Shown: in pieces, positions 12,201 through 25,390 of the stretch
How positions within the stretch are numbered: the stretch's first letter is position 1
Layout of the letters: each line of letters starts with the position of its first letter
Assembly (NCBI GenBank): GCA_973895155.1
Contig: OZ316892.1
Coordinates: forward strand, 18,342,357 to 18,406,356
Reading direction: 5' to 3'
Source: Marsupella aquatica
Taxonomy: Eukaryota; Plantae; Marchantiophyta
DNA: 64,000 bases
Notes under the pieces: generated by a model
Database searches by the model: none
The model's input: only the letters and a program-made list of their open reading frames with translations
What the model was told of the DNA's origin: nothing
Made by a program: the position numbers and the translations under genes

Positions 12201-14535
12201 AATTGAGTTTTCTCTTCCACGAGGCATAGGGTTAGATTATTCTTGTTTGGTAGCTGTAGGCCCAAAAGTCTCTGCCAATTGGGAAGGAAGCGTGTCAAAT
12301 CGGGTGCAAGATGGGTTTTAGCGTTCATTTGTGTGTATTCCCACTGTGCACTGGAGACAGCTCGACTCCCTGAAGTGCTAGTAGTTGATGTTTGGATGGC
12401 TGCTTGGCAGGTTCAGTCCAGTCGTTTTCCTCTTCGATACCCAGAATGGTAGGTGGCATAGGTTTGCTGTTCTCGAGGAGCTGAAAGACAAAGACTGACC
12501 AAGTAGCAACCAACCTATTGTCTGTGAACCCAGTCATCCTGCATACTCAGGTATGTCTAGTTTGACTCACACGTTATTGTCATACTGCTAAAGTTCCCGG
12601 AATTCATTTGCCTATCAGATAGGCTTCCCAAAGCAAATTCTCCATGTTTCTGTGATTATCGGTTTGGATATAGATCTCAAATGGCCTTCGCTAATTTTCG
12701 AGCACTTTGGTTGAAGATTAGGAGATGTAGTTAACTAATTTGACGATGAGATAGAGCACATCAAATGGCTCGCTACCGTGTAAATTCGTGCAAAGTTCTG
12801 GGTTTATATTGTACCATTTTGGCTAGCTAAAGCTTACTCCCAGCAGAGGTGACAAGAACACCGTCGCTGGAGGATAGAGTACCACTGCGAGCTCATTGGG
12901 TCTCTGTTTGTGTTCATTTAGCTAGTCTGACATCCATATGTGTTCAGCTTGGTCAGCTGGGCCATTTCGATGAGAAACCATCAACTCAAATCGAAACTTT
13001 ATTTCGCTGCAGTAGTGTTAAACTTCTCCGGAACCTTGTAGCTGAAACTTGATCACCGAGGAAGACTCTCAAGGGAAGGTGGTTGCACTCTTTGTTCAGA
13101 AAAAGCAGGAGATAGACGAAGGTTTCTGGCGAACTTGGAACTGATAAGTGTTTGTTGTCACAGGATCAAGTTTTGATGGAAAATGAAGAGATCCTGGACT
13201 TTTGGGAGCGTGATATGAGGGAGGCTTTGCAGCAAAATTGCGCATTTCCAGTGGCTGAAGAACTCATCTTGCTTGTGGATAATTGGGGTTTCCGTCTCTC
13301 CAAGTTACCTTTCAATGAGATAGAAGTCAAAACTCTTTTGCAGCAAGTTGTTGGTCTTTTTCAAGTGAAGGAGAAACCCAGGATATTTTCTGGCCCTATC
13401 CATGTCTGGCAGGTAAGAAAATTCATCTCTTCAGCTGTTCTTTTCAGGGTGTGTACGGAAGTTCATGGGCAGGAACAAAGGACCATTAATGTTCAGAAAT
13501 ACTACTAGAATGCAACCTTGGAGTTTAGATGCTTGGTTTAATGTGGATTTTTCATTCAGCCGCTAAGTGTTGCTGTCCGATCTGCAGGGTACTGATGATC
13601 AACATGTGCCAGCTACATTCAATGAATATGCCAAGCGAATGATTGAGATAAATGATTTTTCAAAAAAACCTGGTTATCAAGTCAACCTCCACATTTTAGA
13701 GGGGGAGGGGCACTTCTCGTGGTTCTGGTTTTGTGATGAGTGCCATCGATCTATATTTAATTCACTGTTCGAAAGAGGAGCGGTGTTAGGTCCATTTGGT
13801 CGTCAAGTTTTTTCAGTAGAGGAGTATGAAGCAATTCTTGCAGCTTTTGGAGGTTCCAAAGAGAGGGTGGACGAGTTGACGAAAACCAAAGAGGCTCCTG
13901 ACACAGCTGCAAAGAATGAGGAGTACGAAGCAATTCTTACGGCTTTTGGAGGTCCCAAAGAGAGGGTGGACAAGTTCACGAAAACCAAGGAAGCTCCTGT
14001 CACTTATGGAAAGAATGAGGAGTATGAAGCAATTCTTACAGCTTTTGGAGGTCCCAAAGAGAGGATGGACAAGTTGACGAAAACTAAAGAGGCCCCTGTC
14101 ACGTCGTCAACGAATGAGGAGTATGAAGCAATTCGTAAAGCTTTTGGAGGTCCCAAAGAGAGGATCGACAAGTTGACGAAAACTAAAGAGGCTCCTGTCA
14201 CAGGAGGTCCCAAAGAGAGGATGGACAAGTTGACGAAAACTAAAGAGGCTCCTATCACTTCGGCAAAGAATGAGGAGTATGAAGCAATTCTTACAGCTTT
14301 TGGAGGTCTCAAAGAGAGAGTGGACAAGTTGACCAAAACTCAAGAAACTCCTGTCCCTTTTGCAAAGAATCGTGACGGGCCCACAGATGATGTATCGTAC
14401 AGGGATACAGATTCAGAAGAAGACACGTCGACTGGTATAAAATTGTATGTCCCAGAAACTTGTGACGTGCCAATAGACATTTCAGCATTTATATTAAAAG
14501 CTATAGATGAAAGAATCAAAAAATATTTTAAATAG
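9267..14535 (+). CDS. Membrane-anchored alpha/beta-hydrolase-fold protein (AB hydrolase-1); exons 9267-9960, 10743-10928, 11086-11325, 11479-11696, 13164-13412, 13588-14535
   Basis: Low-complexity N-terminus followed by a TM helix (FAAVVASFGCLVALAISIVLLYL). Family motifs: RIRLRGGRYISFREQG, SSRLAGIPG, LIAYDRPGYGQSDPH...RSYNSSAQDM, NWGFRL, GPIHVWQGTDD, GEGHFSWFWFCDECHR. Introns are GT-AG and phase-consistent. Confidence 0.88.
10020..10475. repeat. ~250-bp tandem duplication in intron 1 of the hydrolase gene
   Basis: GGACCRCTAGAGTCTGYGCCCGAG at ~10059 and ~10308. TAAATAAGATTCCCAGCTGGAG at 10201 and 10450. Confidence 0.8.
13819..14370 (+). repeat. Coding tandem repeat, 99 bp / 33 aa (EEYEAILTAFGGPKERVDKLTKTKEAPVTSAKN), about 5.6 units
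   Basis: Units start at 13819, 13918, 14017, 14116, ~14203 (partial) and 14272, with the reading frame preserved. Confidence 0.95.
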
Positions 14536-16964
14536 GAATGTGGACATTATTGCCATGCAGGTACTGTAGGTATAGTCTAGTACCGTTCGTAAATCCACCG
14601 TGGAGAGACTGCATTACTGGGAGTAGTATTGGTTCTAAAGTTTGCGAACAATAAAGTACTTCGACCCTACCCTTTCGTCCAGAGCAATATAGAAGAAATT
14701 CGGCTCATAAATCGGACTTTATTCAGGAGCTGCTACACTAGTTTGACCTCCACAGTACATTAAATTTGCACACAAGTTATCCAGTCGAGAGAACTTCAGA
14801 GTTTGCCCTATATTCAGTCGCAGAGTCTCGAAACGAACATTAAGTTAAAAATGATTTCGGGAGCACAATTGCCCACACTTCATGGGGTGCGGCTTGTTCA
14901 GCTTTCGTTAACCTTCGCAAGGTTTTAACTCTCTTTTGCCTACTTCAGACCTTGCACGATCATTGTATTACTATGAAAACTCTGCGAGTTCTCTCCTATT
15001 ACAATACATGGTTTTGGATTGCTTGTGAATTGAAGAGCACTTGAGTTCGCCTCTTGATTTTGTAGATCCAAATGAATCTTGAAATGCTCTAAGCTCTTAC
15101 TTTCTAGTAATCCAATACCTTGTTGTCATCCTCTGTTTAGTACCTTGTTTAAGCTTAATCTCACGGCAGCAAGTGAAAACGAATGCTAACTCTAAACAAT
15201 AACAGACCCAGTGAACTCCGTCAGAGTCATGTGCTCTGTATTGTGCTTGTCGGTACGAACGATAACGTGCATTGAATTCCATTTCGCTTGTCTTACAAGT
15301 ACCATCTTCGGGTTCAATTTTCCGTTACCATTGATTAATTACTTGTGCAATCATGGACCCTAAAAGGACCATATCCCAACAATGTAGAGTCTGGGACGAT
15401 GGAAAATCACACAAAACAGAAGTAGGCCGCAAGTACAGGAAGCTGACTAGATAGTAGATCTAACTTCCTGATCTCCAATAGATGTCTAATGAACTGCTGT
15501 GCAGATTTCTAATCGGAATGTAACAAGGCCTATCAATAGACCTCTCAAACGAGGTGAGGTGATGGAACTCGGGTTGGGTAGTAGCATTGCAACGCTTACA
15601 AATGCAATTTTGTCTAGGAGTTGTCCTCCACCTATCAACCTGGCTCAGTTACGCGAGCCGGTGGATTAAGATGCCAAGAAGGCTTTGGCTGAGAGCCTAG
15701 ACAGATCCTTGCTGCAAGAACGCGATCAGATTTTTGAAGCGCAGGTATTTCACTTTACCAAATTCAGCAACAAGTACCATCATAATATACGGTGACTCCA
15801 AGGTACACGTAGCAACTAACAATTTTCCAGAAAGCAGATCTGGCGAGAGCTCTGACCTCCGTGCCTTGGATGAGGGTACCTCCGACTAGCTCCATATATC
15901 TCCAGGACCGCAATCCCAATCTGCTTTACAGAGCTGCACCAACCTACGGCTGCGTTCAGAATCGCATTGAGTCTTCCCAAGAGCACGTGAGCTTGAAAAC
16001 AAATGGCCCACCATCCATGCTCGACTGAGGTGTCTACTTTGTCCACGACGCCAATAAAGACTCTGAACTTAAGACTGGGAACGAGCATCTCAATTGCTTA
16101 TTCCTGTGACACCTGACTGAAGGACCACGGGACCAGCTTTGACCTGCACGTCCTCGGTTTAAGATAGACTAACACGTACAAGTATCCCTAAGATTTGCAA
16201 CAACGGAATACTCACCCGGGAATCTCCAGAGTGAAGCCTTCAAATCAAGCTCTCATCACTAATGACTGATATAGTGAAATCAGTCAGCTCCTCTGCAGTA
16301 CTCAAAAGCAAAAGGCCCGTTTCAAGTAAATTCCAGCAGAGAAGCCAAGTTTTGGGGAACTTCAATCCCAAGCGTTGTACAAACCCAAATGGGTACCACC
16401 TGATGTACACTTCTAAAAAGCTACACAAATCAAGGAAACCTAAAGGAAACTACAAATCAAGGAAAACAAGAAACCACATCACCTTGATAGGAGCGTCTCA
16501 TTACAGTCCTAATCATCTGAGTGCTCAGGGTATCCAAATGTGAACATTCCTTGAGGTACTTGCTGTCCGTCATGTAGCTCTGTGATTATACGCTTCCCTC
16601 TTTGATTTCCATTGATCGAATCCCTTGTTCAATTACGGCTTTATTTTGAAACTGCAGTATTATTTACATGTCGGCATTGTAAACTTTTCAATCCTACAGT
16701 ATGAATTGAGCACTAAGCTGCTGAACCTAAATTTAGTATAGGTGATGATGCCCCATCTCTCTTTCAAGCTACCTTTTGCCGTCTTCGGGAGACAAAGCAG
16801 TACCACTTGCCAATGGGCAATGTGGTTGTAGCGGGGTGGCCATCGAGCAAGTAAAATAAGCACAATTGAGAGCGAGGGGAGTACTGTTATGGAATGCTAT
16901 GCAATGCAATGAAATGGAATGTAATGTATAAGTACAGTAACCGAGACTTTCATTTACCGCTTCT

Positions 16965-18674
16965 CTATGAGTTTCCTCCGAATATCTTCAGCGACTCGGC
17001 CTTGCTCTTGATGGACGATGACGTGACAAAGTTTGCAAGCTCATCATCCATTGTCAGCTTCGTCGACTTATCAGTATCAATAATGGATTTATCAACCTCA
17101 GGATCTCTGATCTGTACGCAGCTATTTTTCGCCTTGGGTGATACCACTCCTCGGTAGTGATTGAATCTGGCAACCTTGGTGTTCAGCACCACTCCACCCG
17201 GAAGGTTCTTGGGGTCAGTTATCGAGTGGGTCACTGCAGATCTCGCCGTCCTTGGATTCACGATCCATTTCCTCATCCCCTTCTCCGATTCGCACATTTC
17301 ACCACACCTTTCCTGGCTGCATTTGTCCATACAGAACGGCTTCTCCATGCGGTAGACCATCCTCTCCACACCCCAGTCGTGCTCTGTTTTGTTGGGTCGG
17401 CAGTGGCTGAAACGGAAATCATACTTTCCAAACGAAATCCAAGGGGCATCCTTATGCTCCTCAAGCAGGGATTGAATTGTGTAAGTGGTTGGGGAGGGGA
17501 AGAAAAGGTACTCATCCAAGTCCCAGAAGAGAGACCACCTGGCAATGAACTTGGTCCGATACAAGCAGTCATTGATGGCAGGAGCTTGCCCATGATACAT
17601 AATGTGATAATTACTTTCCTTGCTGAAGTCCACCAACGTCACGATACCGGCCCCAATTAGAGGCTTGAGCACGGCCATCACATCCTCCTCAATCGGTGCA
17701 CTGTAGTAAAAGAAGAAATGCACCTTCCCCTCGAACATCACGTGGTGGTACATGAAAAATTCCTTCACATGAGAGGCTATCAGGGGTGTAAACGACGGGG
17801 CAGAACAGTAAGCATACTCGTACTTGAACTCAGTGGACTCATAGAGAGCCGGCTCGAGCTGTTTGGTAGCCTCATGGAACACAGGAACGAGCTCTGACGG
17901 TGCTCCGGTGCCGATTTTCCCGTGAGAGATGTTCATGTACAAATATCCTCCAGCCTCGGTTCCAACCGGTTCCGGAAAAGTGCAATGCATCATCACCGTA
18001 TCGTACGAGGTGCCATGGACCTCATTCATCCACCGAAACACCGCTTTGCCATTGGTCACAGATTCGCGCCCTGTGGCATTCATTGCCCCCATAGATCCAA
18101 ACAGCGGAGCCCCAGCGCTCCCATCCTCGAGCCACAAGCATGTGGGGTACACAGAAGGATCCGGGATGGGCAAATCCTTGTAATCCGGATTGGAAGTGTA
18201 GATGGTGAACTCCGGACTGAGAGTGATTAGTGTGAAGGTCGTGAGGGAGGTCCGGTACGAGCTGCACACCACAAAACGCCTGACCACACGCATCACCCCA
18301 TAGTTGAGATCGAAAATGCCCTGCTGCTCCACTGCACTTGCCAAGCTAGGGTGGGACACGGATTCCACCACGACCTCGGAGAGCAGCTGCTTGGTGGACA
18401 AATCCAGGTCTGCAAACTCGGAACTGTCCTGGTTTTTAAACACCCCCTTGGCCACCTTCTCCCTCAAGAATTGGGCCACCGATTTTGATGAAGGTTGTGG
18501 GACAACGCCATCCTGTGGTCTTCGCGTGGCGCCACTCACCTCGTCGAAGTTGGAGTTCCATCTCTCTTCACCGGAGTTGTTGCATGAGAGGTCGAGCTTG
18601 GCCGATCTGTACACCAAGAGAAGGACTATAATGGATACCCCCGCGATCACAAGGGGGGGTACTCTCCAGGCCAT
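16965..18674 (-). CDS. Glycosyltransferase family 92 (DUF23), galactan beta-1,4-galactosyltransferase (GALS)-like, single coding exon
   Basis: 569-aa ORF with an N-terminal type II TM anchor, YEYAYCSAP, EFFMYH...HFFFY, YHGQAPAINDCLYRTKFIARWSLFWDLDEYLF (DxD), RKWIVNPR and RFNHYRG. Confidence 0.9.
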   Translation of the reverse strand: MAWRVPPLVIAGVSIIVLLLVYRSAKLDLSCNNSGEERWNSNFDEVSGATRRPQDGVVPQPSSKSVAQFLREKVAKGVFKNQDSSEFADLDLSTKQLLSEVVVESVSHPSLASAVEQQGIFDLNYGVMRVVRRFVVCSSYRTSLTTFTLITLSPEFTIYTSNPDYKDLPIPDPSVYPTCLWLEDGSAGAPLFGSMGAMNATGRESVTNGKAVFRWMNEVHGTSYDTVMMHCTFPEPVGTEAGGYLYMNISHGKIGTGAPSELVPVFHEATKQLEPALYESTEFKYEYAYCSAPSFTPLIASHVKEFFMYHHVMFEGKVHFFFYYSAPIEEDVMAVLKPLIGAGIVTLVDFSKESNYHIMYHGQAPAINDCLYRTKFIARWSLFWDLDEYLFFPSPTTYTIQSLLEEHKDAPWISFGKYDFRFSHCRPNKTEHDWGVERMVYRMEKPFCMDKCSQERCGEMCESEKGMRKWIVNPRTARSAVTHSITDPKNLPGGVVLNTKVARFNHYRGVVSPKAKNSCVQIRDPEVDKSIIDTDKSTKLTMDDELANFVTSSSIKSKAESLKIFGGNS

Positions 18675-18977
18675 ACTTGCTTTCTTCTCGCTGGCCTGCC
18701 TGCTCAGGCTGTCTGCAGTCGACCTGCAGAAGAAAACAGAGACGGGGAGTGAGATCCAGAAGTAAGCGAGGGAGTCACAATAGTGCCAACATGAGCGGTC
18801 TCTTCACAATGTTTGTGGCATCAGATGGTCAAAAGTGTGACCGGTGGTGATACCTTTCTGCATTGCTACATAGCCTGGAGCTCTTTCGTTCCCCTTTCCT
18901 TCCCCTCCCAACAATACTTACAATACTGTACCAAACTTGCCGGGCCCCACAGGTCCATACTCAGTCACTGCTGCAGT

Positions 18978-19168
18978 GGCTGATGGTGTATGCCGATTTT
19001 CCAGGTCCTGCTTACAGAGGTGAGGTGCTGAGTGGAGGATGGGGGCCTAAAGCGGTTGGTTCAAGCTCAATGTGGGCTGATGGTGTATGCCGATTTCCCA
19101 GGTCCTGCTTACAGAGGTGAGGTGCTGAGCGGAGGATGGGGGTCTAAAGCGTTTGGTTCAAGCTCACT
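18978..19168. repeat. 97-bp near-perfect tandem duplication upstream of the GT92 CDS
   Basis: GGCTGATGGTGTATGCCGATTTYCCAGGTCCTGCTTACAGAGGTGAGGTGCTGAG...TTGGTTCAAGCTCA at 18978 and 19075. Confidence 0.92.
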
Positions 19169-19929
19169 GTGGTGACCCAGCTGGTCCGTTCGGTTTACTG
19201 CTATTCAATGATTGCATGCGCATGTCTCGATCATGTTCTGACGGACTGTCTGTCTGCAGCTTCAGTAATGAAATATTTGCCGAAAAGTTCCTTTTCATAA
19301 ACCGGTGCCTTCATAGTTTATATTATCGACAGAGACTGTCTTGAACCCTGAAAGACCTCCCAGATTCGAGTCAAGGAGGGAGATGTTTAGTCCACTACTA
19401 TGACTCGTAGTCTCAGTCGGCAAGTAGAAGTTTGACAAGTGGAAGCACACCCAACGAAATTTCGCATCTCTTTTCTTGAATGTACTCGCCATTGGAACAC
19501 AACAGCATCGTCTAACGTTACGAATATGAGTCCGGATCAAATCCATTGATGAATTTTTTGAGTGAAGACGTTGACTACAGTAGATCCTTCGCTGATTACC
19601 CAAAAAACATCATTCTCGAACCTCATCCATCCATGAATTATGATCTCCTACAAAATAGTTAAGAAATTTTAGGCTGCGGTTAATCGCATGGACAACATTT
19701 GTGTTGGTAATCGTCACAGTTCGTGTCGCTGCATTAACATTTAAGATTCCTTCTGTCAGCCCGCCCAATCTGGCTTCTTAGATACGGAGTACACTTTACA
19801 GATAAGAATATTTTGCAGATTATCAAGGAAAGTACTATAGCTTATTACTGTGGTTTACTACACAAGGGAGTGACACTGTTCGGACAAACAGATTTTGCGG
19901 ATTTCTAAGAAGGAAATACAGTGTATAAC

Positions 19930-20080
19930 ATCAACTACTGTACCTAACAACATCAACTAGTGTTCCTAACGGCTTCCTTGTTTTGCTTGTCACTCATGGA
20001 GATTTGGGTGAACATGATCAACTACTGTACCTAACGGCTTCCTTGTTTCCCTTGTCATTATGGAGATTTGGATGAACAAT
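19930..20080. repeat. Short tandem duplications (ATCAACTACTGTACCTAAC; GGCTTCCTTG...ATGGAGATTTGG)
   Basis: Motif copies at ~19930, 19952 and 20017. Confidence 0.7.
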
Positions 20081-20869
20081 CATGCTGTGAGATGATTTCA
20101 GCTCTTACATTTGTTACTGCGGGCTACATCGTGACGAATATATTGCCCTCTATTTGACAGCTTAAAATCGTCCATCATCTTAGATGCTATATGTCCACAC
20201 CTCCAAGGACAATCTTTATCGCAGTCCTCATTATATAGATTCGTTAGACATTCTGTGAATTTCTGTGCGGATTAGAAAATTCTCCACCTCACATGGTCCA
20301 CAGCTTCTCTAACTTTTCAAAAAACCATCAAAGAGAACTCAACATTTCAATCAGGATCGCTCCGCCTCTAATCCAAGACGTGACCATGTAGTGAGCAAGA
20401 GTCACCTCGATGACATAACTCGTTTCTGCACACTGACCGTTTGTTGACACTCTTGATATCCTTCCTGCAACTGAAGTAACATAGTCGAGAACCCCAGGAA
20501 ATGTAACTTTTCCCTTCCCATGGCAAATCACTGAACCCCCGTACTGACTACCAGAAACTTCTCGCAACATGCAATGACACCTGACAGATCTTCACAGGGA
20601 ATTGCACAAGACCAGCTGACAGATGTTCGTCTGAAAAATTGAATGCTCGATGTTATGCTGTGCGGATGAGCCATTGGTCAACAACATCACGCCTGGGAAA
20701 ATCTTTAACAGAGCCTGGAGCCAGTTTGGCCACCCTAAGCTGTTACCCTGCCAAAGAGATCATCTTATGCTTCCTCAATTATCCCCACGAAGCCCGAAAT
20801 CAACTAAAACTGGGGATGTATTCCTAAGTGAACTGGGGCCGTCCATTACATGCTACCAGTGGGGCACAG

Positions 20870-22379
20870 TTAGCATGAAGACAGCCTTGCAATCTTGTCT
20901 CGCAAGTAGTAGAGCTTTGCTCTCCTTGCCCGCCTCTTATCTACAACCTTCAATTCTTTAATATTTGGAGAGTACCTGGATCCACGCAACAAGGGACTGG
21001 TCATACAAGGGAAGGGAATATCAACTTGTACAAGTTTTAACACGCTCCAAGGTACTAACTTGCATTTTAGCAACCAACAGGGACTGCAGGTAATACTCCT
21101 CAATGATCGGTAAAACTTACAATGGGAAAACCAGCTCCACACCAACACCAGCAAGAACCCTTCTAATCCGGAAAGTGGAATTAATTCCCGCGCTGTGAAC
21201 AGCAATGACTATTCCTCGGAGGAGAGAAACACGTCTCTTGTTTTCGGGCACTTCCTGCATGAGTGCAAATGCAACATAGGGTGTTTAGAACGTTAGAAGC
21301 TATTGTCCATTATTCATTACAAGTAGGCAATTTTAGTTTTTTAGTCAAACACAGACTATTCTAGTGTTCTCTAGCCGAGAACCGAGTAGTATTAAGGACA
21401 TTGAACGCTTTAAACATGAACAAAACAACCAACTCGAGGAACGGTAGCTATCTGTTACATTCGCCGACAAAATTGCATGAATTGATCGATTATTCTCCTA
21501 ATCGCATACTGATGCACACACTGTAGAGAAGAAAGCAAAGAACGCCCAGACAATGACTTGAGGTCGGAAAATTTTTAGTTTGATTTTAAGAGACTGCAAA
21601 CTTGGGTTGGAAACTCTCCATGAACAACTTCCATGATTTTGCCAGTGGGACCCGAAGAGAATCACAATTGGCTGTGATGTCCTTGAAATTTAAAGTCCCT
21701 AACTACATACTGCTCCATTGTGGTTCTCAAGAACCCAGCTACGGATATGGGACCAGAACAAATGAGGGAAAAACGGAAGGACATGGGACAGTAGGGCACC
21801 GAGCGAACATACCACTCTAAGTTGCACAACATCTCCTGGCTTTAGATTAGGAATAGTCCGGTCCTTTGTAGCAGCTTCCAACGCCTCGCTATTCAAGATC
21901 TGCAAGGTTGCCGAAAAACCAGTTACCGCAAGTATCGAATCAAAAATCCTTTCCCAACTCCCATACGGATCACCTAACAATGGAATAAGGATTCGTAGTT
22001 GCTCAGTGAGTAAATAACACATGAGAGCTGCACTCACGTTCATGATATGCTTCACTTGCTTAGTCAGCTTCTTAGTCTTCAACGGTGCGGGAACATCCTC
22101 GTCATCTGGCTGCACAAGATCAGTTGAAGTTTCGGCTGCTGCCTCTGCTTCTGTCTCAGGCGTGGTACTAACAGCCTGAGCGAGCAAATTGAATTTCCCT
22201 CGGCTTGCCACAAATGCAGGTCTTGGTGACACTGCTCTCAATGGAATACCACCTGCTTGGCGCCACCATGGCCTCACCACCAAAGCCGACGAAGAGGTCG
22301 ACAGAGTCCTCAACCCTTCCACCTTAGGCACAACCAAAGCCCTGCTGCTGCTCAATGAAGAGCTCGCAATCTGCAACAT
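20870..22379 (-). CDS. RPL19: Plastid 50S ribosomal protein L19 with transit peptide; exons 22379-22038, 21899-21813, 21254-21121, 20975-20870
   Basis: Spliced product ...KHIMN|[29 protein letters not shown]|[45 protein letters not shown]|[27 protein letters not shown] contains the bL19 signature. The N-terminus is Ser/Ala-rich like a transit peptide. Confidence 0.95.
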
Positions 22380-23929
22380 CAATACCCAAAGAAGTCAGAA
22401 CCACTACACATTTCACCATCTCGTGGCCATTACCCCCAAAAAACATACCTCCAGTGGTCTATTGAGACGGGAACCCCGATTCCATAAATCAACAATCCCT
22501 CCTCCTAAACCCCAATGAGACGCAGGCCAACTAACCGTATCCACCAAGGAAGGAGAAGCCATTTCCCTTCCACAATCTCCACGACACACAAAACCGAATG
22601 AAAGTATTCACCACATCAGAGACCTATCCTAACATGAATCTCCTAATTGGCCATGTCCAATCCCAGAGCTGGATACAACAAACCTTATCCATCAACGAAG
22701 TCGCCATTTCCCTTCCACAATCTCCACGACACACAGAACCCAACAACAGTAATCACAACTTCTCAGATCTACCACAAATTCAATCCCTAATTGGTCAAAT
22801 CAGAACCCAAAGCTACACCAGACCCCAGAAAACTCAGCTGGCCATGGACAGAGCGGATCCAGCTCTACAACACATCCAATCCCTGATTAGTAGCCATATC
22901 AAAGCCTAAAGCCAGAACCCAAAACCTCAGCAAGCCATGGATAGAGCTGGGGACCGAGCACGAGGAAGTGGGGAACGGTACTGGGAGCAAATGCGATGTA
23001 CCTGCTGCAGGCAGGTGGCAGCCATAATTCTCAACCTCTGCATACGACACTGAGCATGAAATCCGTAGCTCACTCGTGGTTTTGCTCGGAGCCTTGTCTG
23101 CGATGCGGCACAAGGGATTGAAAAAGTGGGGATCGCGCAGAAGAACGAATGAAGAGGCTGTGCGAAAGTGAGATGCTGCTCTCTCTCACCACACTCGCGG
23201 GATAAGGCAATAGGGGAAAGAGTGAAAGCAGAGAGCAGAGGGTGGGGGGGTGGGGGGTGGGGGGTGGGGGTCGGGGGGTGGGCTGGATCGACTTGGGGTG
23301 GGGGCCTTCCATGTGACCGTGACTCCCTCCTCTCGTTTTTCTTGTGACGTTTCAGGGGGTGGTCCCGGCGAGCCTACAGTAGTGGAGTTTTAAAATGTAA
23401 TGTGAGATAGGAATATCAAGGGTTACATTTGCTAATCAATGGCCTGTTAGGGGGCACCATGGCTCAACACCCTCCTCCCCTCAGCCGGGGTGCACAGCAC
23501 TTGGGATTACACTCATAAACCCTTCCTGAATATTCCTGTGTATGTGTGTACAAGGTTACAAGGCATTACCCTTGGGTAAAGCCATGGAAGCCCCGGGCCA
23601 GCCTGGCCTGCAATTATGAAATTTGAATCTACAACTACAATAGATCCCACTTTTTTTTGTCCATTGTCCCCAGTACAAAAGAGGTCCTGGGCGGGAAAGA
23701 TCCACAGTCGTTGGGTTTGATTGGCTGTTTTCCCTGACCATTGATGAAAGAAATGTGCACCCCTGGCACGTATGTGCTTCCCGCTGCCCCATAAAGCCCC
23801 ATAAATGCCCCAGCCCAACTCCAGCCCTCTTGTGTCATGCAACGCACAGGCATAGGGCTTGTGAGAAATGTAATAAAATGCAAGTGGCAGACTTTTCCTA
23901 TGTAAAATTGAACCAAATACTATGTAAAA

Positions 23930-24145
23930 ATACGCTCAGTAACTCTTCCCCACTTGGGGATAATGGCTGTAACCGCCACGAGCTCAGCGCCCTCAGGGAT
24001 TACAGCTCATTACCCCTTCTTGGGGATGGGTTACCCTAGACCATAACCCCTGTAACTTCCTCAGGCCCACTACGCTGGGGATTATACTCCATAACACCCT
24101 GTAACCCCCTCTGGCTCACTGCACCTGGGGATTACAACCCTCCAG
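23930..24145. repeat. Degenerate ~48-bp repeats (CCATAAC-CCCTGTAAC...GGGGATTAYA)
   Basis: Copies at ~24041 and ~24088. Related GGGATTAC words at ~23503, 23996 and 24128. Confidence 0.55.
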
Positions 24146-25390
24146 GCCTAATTGCTTGGAGTGTGTTGTGTGTGGGGGCTGGGGGGTGTTAGGGTTTAGG
24201 GCTCGATTGGCTCAGACACTTTTCATGTGAATCTTCTGCAAGGTGGGGGAGGGCTTCATCTGCATAAATAACTTACATGACCCTGATGGTGAATGTGCCG
24301 TGAGTTGGAGTGGGTTTTTGCAACTGGATTTCATGGTGTGTGCGAGTTGTGGGGAGAGTAGCAGATTGGGTGTGAGAAAAGTGCACAGTACGTGGCACCT
24401 TTAGGTGTATCTCATGGTTAGAAAAAATGTCACAATAATTTAACAGTCAGGACAAATTCTCACCAGACTGAGAAACCATAAGAAAGAGATTGCATATTAT
24501 ACTGTTTAGACTAGATAGATAAATGCACTATTTATCATCTTTCAGCAGCAGCAGCAGGGCATTCCATTCTCATCTTGCAAGTCTCATTCATTCCTCCTTT
24601 TCACATGAATGTTGTCAATTATTTCCCATTAAAGTGATGCACACCTTGCATCAATCTCAGTAATCTGTTTCCAGAATGTCCTCCCTGCTGGCTTGCTTGC
24701 TGTATTGTTGCATCACTCTAGATATTACAAGCAAGTCCTGGTTTGATCGACATAGTAAAACAGAGAAGGGTATGGACCTTTGATTCCATCATACAGATGC
24801 GCACTGAGACTTGAAGCTTAATTGTTCGGAAGTATAAATCCCAGTTTATGGCATGCCTCACTCGATAATTTTGTGAAATGCTCGGTAAGTTACTGCATGA
24901 GCTCCTTTGTCAACTCTGGTTGCCTTCTCCAGAGGCTCTCTCGCTAGCTAGACATAGATGAGTCACAAAAAAATTTGTTCTGCACTTGACTGTTGTTCAT
25001 TCATCTTTGTACAGAGTTTGTGTCAATGCGATAAACAACTAGGCAAGAACATTTCGCATCTTGAAAATTTCTTTTTTGAGAATTAGCATCATCAATAGTC
25101 ATTGTCTTGAGAATGCTGATAAGTGAGACTCTTTCGAACATCTCAGACTGAGGGAGCAGAATACGATGGATCGAGAAAGAGTTCGAATCTTGCAGTGGTA
25201 AACCTTCATTGTCGTTCTACGGAATGACCTTCTTATATGAGAATGGATTTTTCGCACATTCAAGACAGGATATTTAGGGTTTAGAGTTCTATCTTTCTGT
25301 GAAGCTGGCTCGCATTTCTACCGTGCCTGTAAGGCACTCTAGCACTCAGTTAGAAGAAGGTGAAACGTTTGCAGCTGAGATTGCCCAGTA

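Noticed and set aside
15540-16100. Coding-like intergenic stretch / ORF 15816-16088
   Set aside because: No recognisable motif, interrupted by stops, and no consistent splice structure.
17157-18765. Plus-strand ORFs overlapping the GT92 gene
   Set aside because: Antisense shadows of a high-GC3 coding exon.
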